A DNA stretch of 45,624 nt from Prorocentrum cordatum (Eukaryota): positions 620,001 through 665,624 of the forward strand of contig CAUYUJ010000203.1 of assembly GCA_963575745.1 (NCBI GenBank). Direction: 5' to 3'. Numbering within the stretch: position 1 is the first letter of the stretch; the number at the start of each line of letters is the position of its first letter. Below are positions 11,725 to 22,947 of the stretch, one piece after another. The position numbers and the translations under genes were made by a program. The notes beneath the pieces are model-generated. The model was not told where the DNA came from. It ran no database searches and was given only the letters and a program-made list of their open reading frames with translations.

Positions 11725-11891
11725 GGGGGCGGCCGCGGCGGCGGCGGCGGCGGGGGGGCGAGCTGCCCAGGGGGCGGGCGCTGCACCGAGAACGTCCAGG
11801 GGTCGCGGGGATGAGACGAAGCCAGGGCGAGGAGAAGCTCGGGGCGGAGCGGCGAAAGTCGGGGCGGGGCGGCGGCGGCGAGGACCCAAGC

Positions 11892-12095
11892 GTGATAAAA
11901 CATTACTGTGCAATCGCGAGCTGCAGTGGCACGATGCTCGGCTCAAGTTTTCTGTCACATATGTGTTTTAGCACGCTCGAGTCGAGCAGCATCGTTGTCA
12001 CTACATCTCGTGATTGCACACGGTCACACTTGAGCCGAGCACCGTTGCCACTGCAGCTCGTGTTTGCACACAGCGATCGTTTTTGTTATATCACA
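11892..12095. mobile_element. Fold-back / MITE-like element upstream of the carrier gene
   Basis: CGAGCTGCAGTGGCACGATGCTCGGCTCAAG (~11917-11947) is the near reverse complement of CTTGAGCCGAGCACCGTTGCCACTGCAGCTCG (12030-12060). Weaker pairing extends outward. Confidence 0.6.
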
Positions 12096-14149
12096 GTGGA
12101 GTTGTGTCTTGTCTCCTTTATACACATATATGTATAGACATAAGTAAGCTATACAAGTAATCACACTTGAGCGGGGCGAGCAGCCCAGGGGCGGGCGCCA
12201 GACTCAGAACTCCCAGGGCTCGCCAGGATAAGACGAGGCCAGGGCGAGGACAGACTCGGGCGAGGGTACGCATCCAAACTCTCTGAGGTCCCGCGGCCCT
12301 GAAGGATGTCTCGGGCACCGCGGCCTTCTCACAGCGACCCAGAGAACTCTGGAACGGATTTGTCCTCGTCCGAGCCCTGTCCGATAGGATTTGGCTACGC
12401 CCCCACGAAAAAACGATCGAGGCCTTCCCAGTGTTTCGCGGCAGGGGGGAACTTGGACGAAAAACAAGGAATACTCAAGAAATGCCCCAAAAATGCCCAA
12501 GCACTCCAAGACTAACCCCCAGATTGCTTTCTTAGTATTTTTGGCCATCCCCCCTGTAGAGGGACGGGCCCGACTTAAGAGCAGCGCGCAGAGCAGCACG
12601 CCGATCGCTGCCCCGCGGCGGCGTGCCCCCGTCGTGGACACGGTCTCCCCACCCACCGCTCGGCGGGCCTGCCCTCCGCCGAGCGCGCGCGCGCGCGCGC
12701 CGCCCTGCCGACCGGGATTCGACCCGGCTGCCCCCGTGGCCGGCCTCCTCCCCTCGGCCACACGTAGAAAGACCCAGACCTGATCGCGTCGTAACAAAAA
12801 TCAGGGCGGGCGGTTTCTGGCTAAGATCGGCCCTGGGGGGCCCTCGCCGGGCCTCGGCACCGTCCAAACACGGCTCGGGATGAAGAACCGGTCCTGGGGA
12901 AAGGGTCGGGACTTCCAGGGGCGCCGTCCTAAAAAAATCAGGACGAGGCATGCCTGGGTAAAGACAAACCCTCCAACGGAGGGAGCGCTGGTGCGGGCCC
13001 GCCGGACAGCCCCCTGGACAGCCCGGGCGACCCACGCTGCTTCACGACGGCAGGACCGCCGCACCCTGGGCCCCGGACAACCCCTGTATGGACAACGCAG
13101 CGGGGATCCGGACACGCCCGCGCCCCCGGACAACCCCGTTGGACGAGCCTCCCCGGGATTGTCCTTCCATAAGGTAAATACCCCCGCCAGCCAGCGATTC
13201 TCTGGAGTGGATGGGGGGCGGGGGTCAGGACTCGAACTTCGTCACGTGCTCCACAAATTCCGAACCAGACCCCTTCCGCCCATCGAGCTGCCAAAATCGT
13301 TGATCGGCGAGCGTAGGGTTCGGATTTCGCCTCCGACTGAGGGCGGCCATGAGACGCTACGAATTCGACCATAGATCACTTGTTGCCGAGCCGCCATCGG
13401 CGGTAATCGGCAACCTTTCGGCGGTAAACGGCGGTCTTTGGTGGCAATCGCCTGTCATTAGCGTTCCTTGGCGGTCTTCCGCGCGAAAGCTGGATGATCA
13501 AATCTAACACAAGGGTGCATGATCAAACACCTCACCGGAGATCCCGGCGCTGCAGTCTTGCCACACTCAGCGGTTTCGCCGTTTCGGGCTCGAAATACGC
13601 GGCAGGAAGATTGGGTGTATAAGACGAAACCAGGACGAGGATAAAATCGGGTGAGGATAAATCATGAATTTCTGAGATCTGGAGGTTCTGAAAGATGTAT
13701 CGGGCGCCGCGGCCTTCTCAGAGCGTTCCGGAACGCTCTCAGAGCGTTCTGGCACGCTCTAGAACGGACTCATCCTCCTTCTAGCCCCGCCCGAGTATAG
13801 GCTCTGGCTTGTTTTCTCGCGATATTGCGATTCTTCGCAACGCCAGATGTCTGCCTATATATAGAGAACCGAGCTCTCTCTATATATGTATATGTATGTA
13901 TATATATATATGTATGCGCGGCGGCACCCTATCGGGCAATACGCGCGGTTGTCGTGCGCTCCCGAGAAATGCACGATCAACGACGGTGGTAGATGCGGCC
14001 TGCTGCAATGGCAACGGATGGGCTATAATTTTTTCTCGGTGGCGGATTCTCTCTGCAGGCGCTCTCAAGCACTTCTGACTGGGAAACGGGATAACGACAG
14101 CAGGGCAGGCAATGCCTCGACGCACGTGCGCGGACGAAGGAAGACAAAC

Positions 14150-16581
14150 TCAGGCCCGCACGAAGGACAGCCTGGGCGCTTTCTTGCGCACGCGGCGCAA
14201 ATTGCTGGCGGGCTCGTCGTGCTTCAAAGACACAACTTCTCCTCGCTTCCGTTTCTTACCTGCTGCGTTGCCGTTTGGATCCCTGTCCTTGCCGCCCGTA
14301 TTGCCCGTGATATACGTCTGGGCAACTTGCACCATCTTGCACGATGTCTGCTGGGCAGATGTCGCGCCGAAATGCTGAGTGTAGGTGACAGATCCGTCAG
14401 TGTAGTGGATGGACAGCGGGAGCATCTCATTCACCGCAGCAGCCAGGTCGTGGACCGTGGAACGCTTTCGCGCGCTAGTGGCAGCTCGGTTCCCGGCGGG
14501 GTACGCGTTGATCCATTCTTAGAATATTTCTCCATTCGTTCCCAAGAGAATGTGGTCGTCGAGTGCTTGCATATCGAGGGCGAATTTAAAAACTGACGCC
14601 CGTTTCGCCTTGCATGCTTGCTCGTGCAGTAAGAACAAGTATTCCATCGAATGACTGAACACAAGCTTACCTTTTGTCTTGTTGATGCCCATGAGAGCCT
14701 TTGCGAGATCAGCCACCGAAGTTGCATTCAGAATCGGGTCGAGGGTCTTTTCAGGACATTCCCAGCATGGAACAAGGATCGAATCAACTAGATCTCCGAT
14801 TCTCCAAAGTTTCTGCTCTGTGGTGGCGCAACATCTCGCGGCGACTGAATTATCTCGCAACCCAAGGTACAACGATTTTCCTAATACAACGCCCCTGTAG
14901 AGCAGCGGCAAGCATTCTCCGTCGAACAAAAGGAATGCAGGATTCGCAACCAAGTATGTCAGAAAACGATCTGCCCTGACCGACAAAACCACTAAAAGTG
15001 TAAGAAGCAACGCGCGCGCATACTTCTGATCGAAAATATAAGTTGCTGATTCTGTGGTCATTGCCCTTGTAGCGTGTGGGATATACCAATTGCGCAACTT
15101 TTGGAAAAAAGGGTCAGCTAGCAGAATGTCATTGGAATCCCCATCCTTCCACACTGGATGCAAGCGCAACAAATCCATCACCTTGGATATACTGTTTCGG
15201 TCATCGTTGTTGTAGGGGTTGACAGCAGTAACAATGCGGAAATACAGCGGCAGTGTGAACGAAAATGTCGCCACTCCTGGCTTGTATGCAAAGCGATCGA
15301 TAATCTTTCGCCCAGTGCACCTTTTGACGACATACACTGCCATGAGCGTGGCGAACACTCGGAGCGGTGACCATGTATCAAAATTGAGATGGCGAAGTAG
15401 CAATTGAAATCCCATCAGCCCTCTGGGCGTCGTTGGCAAAGGGCGTTTCCTCTTCCGCCCCTCCTTCTTCCCTTTCGGGGAGGGGCATCCGTCCCCCTAC
15501 TCCTTCCCACTGACCTGAACAGGAGCGTTCGCGAGCGGTCAGAGTGTCCAAGATCGACCCCTGGGAGAGCTAAAATTCGACAGGCCTCACGAGGATCGCG
15601 GCCCCAAGGAAGGCGTTGCTAATTTAAGCCCCCCGTTCTGTGATCGATGTCCTCCAAGAGGGTTTCAACAGACGTCTTGGACTCTCCTCTTGGCCTGCGC
15701 GCGAGCGGGCGGAACGCCGGCCGCCTGCCCGCAAGGCCCAAGAGTCCGCCAAAACGTTCCAATATACCTCCAAGAAGCCACAAGGGAGGAGGAAGAAGCG
15801 GGAGAAGAGGAAGAGGAGGAGGAAGGGAAGGGAAGGAGGAGGAGGAAGAGGAGGAGGAGAAGAGGGAGGAGGAAAAGGAGGAGAGGGAGAAGGAGGAGGA
15901 GGAGAGGAAAAGGACGACAAGGCGGTGGAGTAGGAGGAAAAGGGGGAGGAGAACAGCTGCCGATCATCGGCGTTCTTCGTTCGAGCGCCTGGTGTTGGAT
16001 GGGCTGGTGGGGTTGCGCGAAGCGTCAAGAATATGATATACACACCGTTCGCATCATTCAATACGCCATTGAACGTCATATTTAGCAGCCGCTTTGTAGC
16101 TACACCAACTGCGTCTGTTCGTTCGCTGGGGGTTCCATCCCGCAACAATTGAAGAAAGTCTTTCTTATGTTCTGGCATTGTTCTGAAGCTGCGCTCGGTA
16201 CAACAGCAACGTGGGACAATATTACTAATGAGCCCAAGTTGCTCGGACGATACACGAATCGAAGATAACAAATAATCAGCTGCATCACTACGACTAGGAA
16301 AATAACATGTGTGACAAGGGATTTGGCAAACACGCTGAACAAGTACTCAAACGCCCACTGGGGCATCCAAGGAAGCTCAAACTTTGTTTACGAGAGTTCC
16401 AAGACGAAACTCGGAGCTCGAAGACGATCGGAGAAAGCGACAACAATACATCAAGATTAGCCCAAGGTAGCACGTGAAAATACACTGTCGCCGATGAGAC
16501 TTTCAAGAGTATCCCAGTTAAATCGAAGACGCCGGTGACCCACAACCCTGGCAAAGTGTCGGCCGAGGCAAAATGCCACAA
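14150..16581 (-). pseudogene. Disrupted orphan cargo gene (at least ~500 codons after reconstruction)
   Basis: ORFs 14519-15439 and 14150-14434 are in the same frame, separated by one TAA. Excising 15408-16032 fuses 16271-16033 in frame (...NGVYI-I-QLLLRHLNF...). Possibly frameshifted pieces continue upstream to ~16581. Confidence 0.7.
15408..16032 (+). mobile_element. 625-bp non-autonomous Helitron2-like insertion
   Basis: Asymmetric inverted repeats AATCCCATCAGCCC (15408-15421) and GGGCTGGTGGGGTT (16001-16014), 12/14 match. 5' mini-hairpin GCCC-TCT-GGGC; 3' hairpin GCGC-GAA-GCGT after the repeat. Its removal restores the reading frame. Confidence 0.7.
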
Positions 16582-16789
16582 GCTCTCCTCCTCATTCTAC
16601 TCGGTCGGGGCTCAATCAACCCAACTGGCGCTGCGGTGATGGTTGTGGTTCCGATCAGGTGCACCAGTTACTCAGAGAAGGCAACGTGAGATAACGGCGG
16701 TGAGACAATGATGCCCGAACTCGGTTCAAAATCGGTTCCCGGACCCCTCCCAGGGTTCAAACGCATCCGTTTTCCGAGCCACGTTCAGA

Positions 16790-16994
16790 CGCGACGAGGG
16801 TCCTCGAAGGCCGAAAAAGCAACCCTCGTGTCACCCTGCCTCCTCTGAGTTATGCGGGTGAGTTCAATCCAACGCCGCTTCTCACCCTGGATCTGCACAT
16901 TTCGAGGATTTCTCTGGGAACAGCTTTTCGTCCTGAATCGGTTTTTATGCTTCCGAGGCCTGGTGAAGGCCTCCAGTAGGAGGAGGAGGAGGAG

Positions 16995-17029
<35 letters not shown>

Positions 17030-17950
17030 GGAGGAGGCAAGGCAAGCAATCCACGGAAGGAGGGTCCAGCGCACACTGCCGAGGGAGCGACGGACCCGTT
17101 TGGGCACGACGGCCCAAAGAGGCCCATAGTGGTGCAGGAGGAGGAGGAGGACGACGAGGAGGGCGAGGAGGAGGACGAAAGTAAAGAACCCAACTCTTGC
17201 CGCTCCAATTTGTTTGGAACGTCGGCTCTCTGGGGAGGCGGGTGGAATCAATCCAGCGCCGTTTCTCACCCTAGACCTGTTTACGAAGGTCCCTCTTCCA
17301 TCCTCCTCCTCCTCCTCCTCCTCATCCTCTTCCTCCTCCTCCTCCTCCTCCTCCTCCTTCTCCTCCTCCTCCTCCTCCTCTTCCTCCTTCTCCTCCTCCT
17401 CCTTCTCCTCCTCCTGCTCCTCCTCCTCATGCTCCTGCTCCTCCTATTCGGCCCTCCTTCGCATCTTGTTTTTACATAGGATTCGGAAACAATCCCGGGA
17501 GATGTTTTTATCATATCTGCTTCTTCCATCTGAATGTGCTTGATTCTTCCAAAATTCGGTTCCCGGTGCAACGTTGGCCTTGTTTTCGGGCTTCCGCTTG
17601 GTCCGAATCCTTCCGCATATCGTGTTTTTACACATAAGATTGGAAAAGCATGCGGGAACGTTTTTTTCAATTGTGTTTTTCCCACTGGGGCATGCATTTT
17701 GGAAACATTGAAGGCCGTTTTGCGCCATTTTGTTTGCATTTTTGCAATTATCAGAAGCTGTTTGGGGCGTCTGCGAATGTGCCTTGGACCGCAGTTGGCC
17801 ATCCAGGACCCGTGCGGAGGATGGGGCTGGAACCACATTTAGAATATTAGTCTAAATGTGGTTCCCGCCTCGGCCCCGGCGCCATTTTCCCCCCCTGACC
17901 CCCCCCTCCCCGGGGCCTCTTTAGGAGCTTTCTCAAGGATATCTTAACTG
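16790..17950. repeat. Probable secondary insertion(s) of host-type repeats with (GGA)/(CCT) tracts inside the transposon
   Basis: Composition and microsatellites resemble the host introns rather than the flanking element DNA. Boundaries approximate. Confidence 0.45.
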
Positions 17951-18357
17951 GTCCGGGGATGCTCACATACTTCAATCAGTCATTTTGCTGGCTCAAAATA
18001 ATCAATGCTTCGATGGCCGCGTGCTGTTGCGTTTAACTGTATACGCAAAAGCGTTAAAACACTCGAGTGATCATAAATTTATGTTAGCTCACATCAAGCA
18101 GTGTTCCGATGATCGCAAACTGTGGCGTTCAACTGTATACGGCACAGCGTTAAAGCGCTCGACAGATTGGCTCCTGCATGAGCCAACAGCGACGCAGCAA
18201 CATCTAGCGATTAAGCGATCACGTGAGGAGTGTCTCAGGCCTATCTGAGTGCGAAGGTCTGCACGCGCACTAGCATTGAACAAATCTGGCCGCTCGGCTC
18301 CTGCACGAGCCAACAGCTCGAATGATGATGAGACAAGAGATGCGCGGCCGACAGTTG

Positions 18358-19614
18358 TCATTTGAGCAGCAAAGACATTGCCTCCCAAGGGTCCATGCCT
18401 CTCGTCCAATATTCGTACTGTGCAGACTTGACTGCCACCGTAAAGGCGCGCGAGCCTGGTTTCATACATTGATTCTTGTGAATGCGAGACTTCAGGAATC
18501 TCCAGCAGCTATCAACTGTCTGAGTTCCAGACTTGCGCCAAAATCGTTTGCCATCGACGCTGTGCTGCACAGTGCCCACGTATTTAGGCTTCGTCCACGT
18601 GAACCGCTTAGTCTTGTTGTTAAAAACTCGTTTCTTCTGGTGTACGACTTGGTCCCGCACCGTTCCCGGAATATTGGTTTCACGGTATGCTCGTGCTGAA
18701 TCTGTGTGTATAACGACACATCGGTTCTGCAAGTGCTTCTTTGCTATGCATTTCCACTGGTCCTTCGTGATCGGTCCTGGACCTGGCGATCTCGCCAGGG
18801 TGGGCGTGTTTTTCGAACGAATGAGCATGAGAGAACCTGGGTGACCACGGCGCAGAATACCGATCCAGTTCTCCCATGCGAGGCAGTGGTCAGACGCGCT
18901 GCGTGGAGGTCGGAGTAGCATCTTGCCGAAAGAGGCCTCGTCTACTTCGATGTCGTGCCACTTCGCTGCTGGCACTCTTTTGTCACTGCCAAAAGTCATG
19001 GTCTTCTCCTTCCGCTGCACGTACAACTTACGAGCATTCTGTAGTAACCCGTGCGTGTGTATGACAGACCTGCGCGCATGCCCCGTCAAATGGATGGTGC
19101 TAGTCACTGAGTTCGTCGTGGACAGGCACAGTAAGTTCGTGAGCTGCTGCTGGAGAGGAGCTGAACGTCGCCCATGGTGTAAAAGCGGACATTGCCCCCA
19201 TGGGAACTCACGGTGCTGGCATTTATAAGACGAGCAGCGGTGGAACGGCTTACTCCCATCAGATCGAAATTGCTTGGCACCCAGATATCCATTCTTACAC
19301 ACTGGACAGCGTTCCCCATGCAAATCTTTCGCGAAATCAACCTTGAGCATGAAATTCCAAATCTCTGCTTCCGTCATGCGAGCCAGGTCAACCAAATTCT
19401 TACTGACTTTTCGATCGCGTGGATCTCCTTTGATCTCCGCGGCCGCGGACTGCGTGTAAGTGGCGCGCGCTCGAGCACTCTGCCGCGAGCGCGGTTGCGC
19501 CGCAGGCTTTTTGATGAGCTTCAAAGTCTTCATGACGCTGCGACCATTGCGAAGTCTACCGCGTTTCGGCACAAATTTGCCCATCTCAAAGAACGGGTAT
19601 CTCTTCTTGAGCAA
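18358..19614 (-). CDS. Merlin/IS1595 (ISXO2-like) transposase, 408-418 aa (first ATG at 19584)
   Basis: Zn ribbon CPVC...HRCSSYKC, then an HTH-like segment. Catalytic motifs IEVDEASFG, WIGILRRG, IHTDSARAY, VVH and GTQTVDSCWRFLKSRI match the IS1595 pattern VExDE / IxTDxxxxY / VxH / HTNxIExxWxxxKR. Intact and intronless. Confidence 0.9.
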   Translation of the reverse strand: MLKKRYPFFEMGKFVPKRGRLRNGRSVMKTLKLIKKPAAQPRSRQSARARATYTQSAAAEIKGDPRDRKVSKNLVDLARMTEAEIWNFMLKVDFAKDLHGERCPVCKNGYLGAKQFRSDGSKPFHRCSSYKCQHREFPWGQCPLLHHGRRSAPLQQQLTNLLCLSTTNSVTSTIHLTGHARRSVIHTHGLLQNARKLYVQRKEKTMTFGSDKRVPAAKWHDIEVDEASFGKMLLRPPRSASDHCLAWENWIGILRRGHPGSLMLIRSKNTPTLARSPGPGPITKDQWKCIAKKHLQNRCVVIHTDSARAYRETNIPGTVRDQVVHQKKRVFNNKTKRFTWTKPKYVGTVQHSVDGKRFWRKSGTQTVDSCWRFLKSRIHKNQCMKPGSRAFTVAVKSAQYEYWTRGMDPWEAMSLLLK

Positions 19615-20206
19615 AAATACCTACGGATATCAACCCAGCAACGTCGATGCATGAGACTGGCCAACAAAAGTGCGACCCAAAGACACATGCAACGTGTATT
19701 TTCACATCCACTCCTTCACGCAATCCAAACGAGGCCGCAAGGGCGGGGCGCGCCCCCCGCGCGCTGCGCACGGGCGAAGGGGCCTGCACAGAAGAGCGCC
19801 CGCGCTGCAGCGGCCATGGCTGCGCCCAGAAGTGACGGATGAAACGCGGCGCGCCGCTGCCGCGACAATCGGACCCATGATGGATTGCACGTCGTCGCAG
19901 CGGAAAGCGCAGCGAAGTCTTCAAATGAAATGCGCCGCGCCCCGTTCAGCGGGCATTTCCCCTGCCAAAGACTGCACGCTCAATCAATTTTGGCCACTAC
20001 CATGCGAACTGACTTTCAACAAAGAAGACGAAACAAGCCGCGCCGACCCTCCTCTGCCTCGGGCGCGTGCTCGGCGCCCTGCACGCGCGCCACGAGCCTG
20101 CGCAGCAACGGAAACTCACATCAGCACAGCATCGGCGCCCATTCTGCACTCGACGCCAAACTACCGCATCTGCGAAACGGGCAATCGCGCAAAAAAAATA
20201 TCGCGG

Positions 20207-22696
20207 TCATGCGACGCAGCAGACCACCTGATACCAATCACAGATCCACGAGGGAGTGCCGTCGGGCAGCCGGTGCCAGGCGGAATGGCCCGCACGGACC
20301 TGCTCTCGCAAACCGTCGAAGAAATGCACGCGGCCCTTGGATACAATGCCACCCACAGCGTGCCCAGGACGATTGGGTGCGATGCTGTAAACGATGATGT
20401 AGCGTCCTGCCTGAGAACCTCTGGCCGATCTGGGATGCGAGCGGAGCAACGACAGACCGAACGGGTTGAGCAGGGATTTTGCCTCATCCAAAGTGTAGGG
20501 GCCGGCGTGATCGTAAGGCACGGGAACGCCGATGGCGTTCAGGGCATCCAGGATGCAGCAGTCTGGGTAGCGCCGCACGTTCTCGGGGCGGAACTGCATC
20601 GACACGATGCAGCCAAACGATCTGTCGTACAGGCGTGCTCCCCGCGGGTAGCGAGCAAGCGGCGCGGGCGGAGCGTCGCCCTCCTCTCCGCTGGACAATA
20701 CGTCGATCACAGCGCCGCCAATGCTATCCACGGCGGGGGCCGCAGGGGGGCTGCTGAACTCTTCCTTTAGGCCATGCGGCGTCGCCCCCGCGCCCGACGC
20801 CGATCTGGCGCCGTTGGCGCTGGCCCGCGCAGCGCCCTCGGCGGCGCTGCCAAGGCCCCTCCTCGGCCTCGGGCCGCCAGGCGCGTCGGTCCGATCCAAC
20901 TCCTCGCGCTCACGCTTCGCGGAGAGAGGGTATCGGAAAGCGCGGCGCGATCCGCCTGGCGGTGCCAGCGATCCCGCGGCTGGCAGGCGGAAGCGATACT
21001 GGCCGTCAGCATCCGCTCGCACGCGCACGCCGCCAGCGTCGGATGCCTGCGTACCAGCAGTCGCAGGGACATGGTGGATGGATGGCGCAGGTGGTGCGCC
21101 ACTGGCTGACGATAGACGATCGGCCGTGCGGTTCGCCCACCACGAGGCGATCTCCTCTGCGGTCTTCTGCCGCACCGCCTCCTGCACCTCGCATACGAGA
21201 CTGTATTCGTTTTCGACGTGCAGCGCATAATCTGGGTGCACGCAGTCCTCGTGATCCATGCCCTGGTAGAAGCCAGCGAGGGCGTCCTTGTGGTCTGGCA
21301 ACAGAAAGTCAGAGGCCACGTTGCCCTGAGTGAACTTAAAGATCTGGGCGGCGTCATCGGAGCTAGGCGCTCGCACGTACAACGCGCGCCTGCCGACCAC
21401 AACGAGCACGAACCGCTTAGTGAGGGCGAGCCTGTGCGACTGGCTGAGGTAGCCGAAAGGCTTCTCGAGCATCCTCATGAACAGCTGGGGGTCGATGGAG
21501 AATTCCGCCGAGTCTGGCGGCTCAGCATCTTCCGACCAGCAGTTGCTGAGAAGCGCGTGGAACTGGCCCTTGGCCCACTTAGGGGGAGTATACCGAGCGT
21601 CACAATGACCCGCTGTGTGGACTGTACCGAAGGCCTTGAGGTCCTCGATGTCAATGCGATCCAGAGAGGGGTCGTCGAGCAAGATGCCTTCATACACGGG
21701 CGTTGCCTTATCCCGAAAGACGTCCATCTGTTTGCCCCGCCGGAAGCCAGGCTTCTTGTCGATGCCTTTGCTCCGCGTCACGTACCGCCCCCACGCCATG
21801 GCTGCAATCTGGCACAAGGGAGTCTTCCCCACTCCGGGAGCGCCGAGCACCATGGTACCAGAGAGCGGGGCGAAAGCGTAGATCAACGGCAGCAGAAGCT
21901 CCTGGATGACAGGGTGCAGGTCGTACGACGTCAGCGGGAAGAATATGTCTACGTCGGCCGAAGCTGATGCCTTGTCCATGTTCACCAACGCCTTCTCGAT
22001 CTGGCTGGTTGGCCACCCAAAGCAAGCGCTCGATCGGATTTTAGTCTGCAGAAGCACCCACTCCTGCGCTTCGATCGCGCTTGAACCAGCAATCTCGTGG
22101 TAGTGCTCGCGGATGTACGCGAAGCCGTCGCGGATCTCTTCTGGCGTGGGGTCCCAGCCCTTCCCCTGCTGATCTCTGGGCTCCTTGCGGGTCACACTGA
22201 AATGGCGCACTTGGAATCCTGGCAAGCGGTCGAGCATCGCATTGAAATTCTTCCGCTGGCCCCAAGTGTTGGAGTCCTCGGCCGCAGGGAACGTCGCCGA
22301 CTGGCCCATGGTGTACAGGCGCGTGTCTGCGCGCTTTAGGCTGGTGCCGTGCTTGAAAATGAAGTGGCGCAACACGTTGTACCGCCCAACGCCAGCCCGC
22401 TGAACAACGAACTGCGCCTTCACGCTCGCAGGCGCTCCTGCTGGAATCTTCAGCACATCTGGCACGTTCTCCATTGCCTGCGCCCCTCTGCTCTCCACGG
22501 CCGCCTTGACCGTCTCCTCATCGATGTTGCCCGACCATGCCATCACCACGTCGATCAGGTTCAGCATGTGGGCGACTTGGTCGACTGGGCGGAAAAGGAA
22601 GTCTGGCATGTCGAGAGCGGCCTCCACGTCCTCAGGGTTCACCGTCCTGCCTTGGTCGGCTGAGCGACGGCCGACAGTATTGATCGCAAACGCCAT
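20207..22696 (-). CDS. SF3-type helicase/ATPase fused to a C-terminal papain-like cysteine-peptidase domain (829 aa from ATG 22696)
   Basis: Walker A GAPGVGKT (~21821-21844), Walker B GILLDD (~21671-21688), B'-like DLKAF...DARY and motif C ALLSN (~21542-21556), spaced as in SF3 helicases. C-terminal DCCILDALN...GHAVG...VHFFDG gives a Cys-His-Asp order. Long intact intronless ORF. Confidence 0.75.
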   Translation of the reverse strand: MAFAINTVGRRSADQGRTVNPEDVEAALDMPDFLFRPVDQVAHMLNLIDVVMAWSGNIDEETVKAAVESRGAQAMENVPDVLKIPAGAPASVKAQFVVQRAGVGRYNVLRHFIFKHGTSLKRADTRLYTMGQSATFPAAEDSNTWGQRKNFNAMLDRLPGFQVRHFSVTRKEPRDQQGKGWDPTPEEIRDGFAYIREHYHEIAGSSAIEAQEWVLLQTKIRSSACFGWPTSQIEKALVNMDKASASADVDIFFPLTSYDLHPVIQELLLPLIYAFAPLSGTMVLGAPGVGKTPLCQIAAMAWGRYVTRSKGIDKKPGFRRGKQMDVFRDKATPVYEGILLDDPSLDRIDIEDLKAFGTVHTAGHCDARYTPPKWAKGQFHALLSNCWSEDAEPPDSAEFSIDPQLFMRMLEKPFGYLSQSHRLALTKRFVLVVVGRRALYVRAPSSDDAAQIFKFTQGNVASDFLLPDHKDALAGFYQGMDHEDCVHPDYALHVENEYSLVCEVQEAVRQKTAEEIASWWANRTADRLSSASGAPPAPSIHHVPATAGTQASDAGGVRVRADADGQYRFRLPAAGSLAPPGGSRRAFRYPLSAKREREELDRTDAPGGPRPRRGLGSAAEGAARASANGARSASGAGATPHGLKEEFSSPPAAPAVDSIGGAVIDVLSSGEEGDAPPAPLARYPRGARLYDRSFGCIVSMQFRPENVRRYPDCCILDALNAIGVPVPYDHAGPYTLDEAKSLLNPFGLSLLRSHPRSARGSQAGRYIIVYSIAPNRPGHAVGGIVSKGRVHFFDGLREQVRAGHSAWHRLPDGTPSWICDWYQVVCCVA

Positions 22697-22947
22697 CGCC
22701 TCCAGGCGATGTGACCGCGGGGGACGGATGATCAGATCGAGAGGGGGCCCAGGAGGAACGAATGCCAGATAGCGACGCTTAAAACACGATTGGGATCGCA
22801 CTCCGAAGTGCCAGATCGACCATTTCCCGATCGGGGAAGATCCGATGCACGTTGCCAACTCAGGCGCGAACACTGGGCAGCCGTCAGGGTGACGAGACGA
22901 GACTCGCCATCATCTGGGCGGCGCAGTTCGGCGAGGCGTTCGTCCGC

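Noticed and set aside
11940..12037. GGCTCAAG as a relic dinoflagellate spliced leader
   Set aside because: Only 8 nt match, and they are explained as part of a fold-back repeat.
19192..21967. Plus-strand ORFs such as 19670-20770 and 21218-21967 (also 28258-29793)
   Set aside because: Antisense shadows of the motif-bearing minus-strand genes.
20207..22873. Endogenous CRESS-virus Rep or Helitron RepHel
   Set aside because: No recognisable HUH or catalytic Tyr motifs and no capsid gene. The helicase motifs are SF3-like, not PIF1/SF1.
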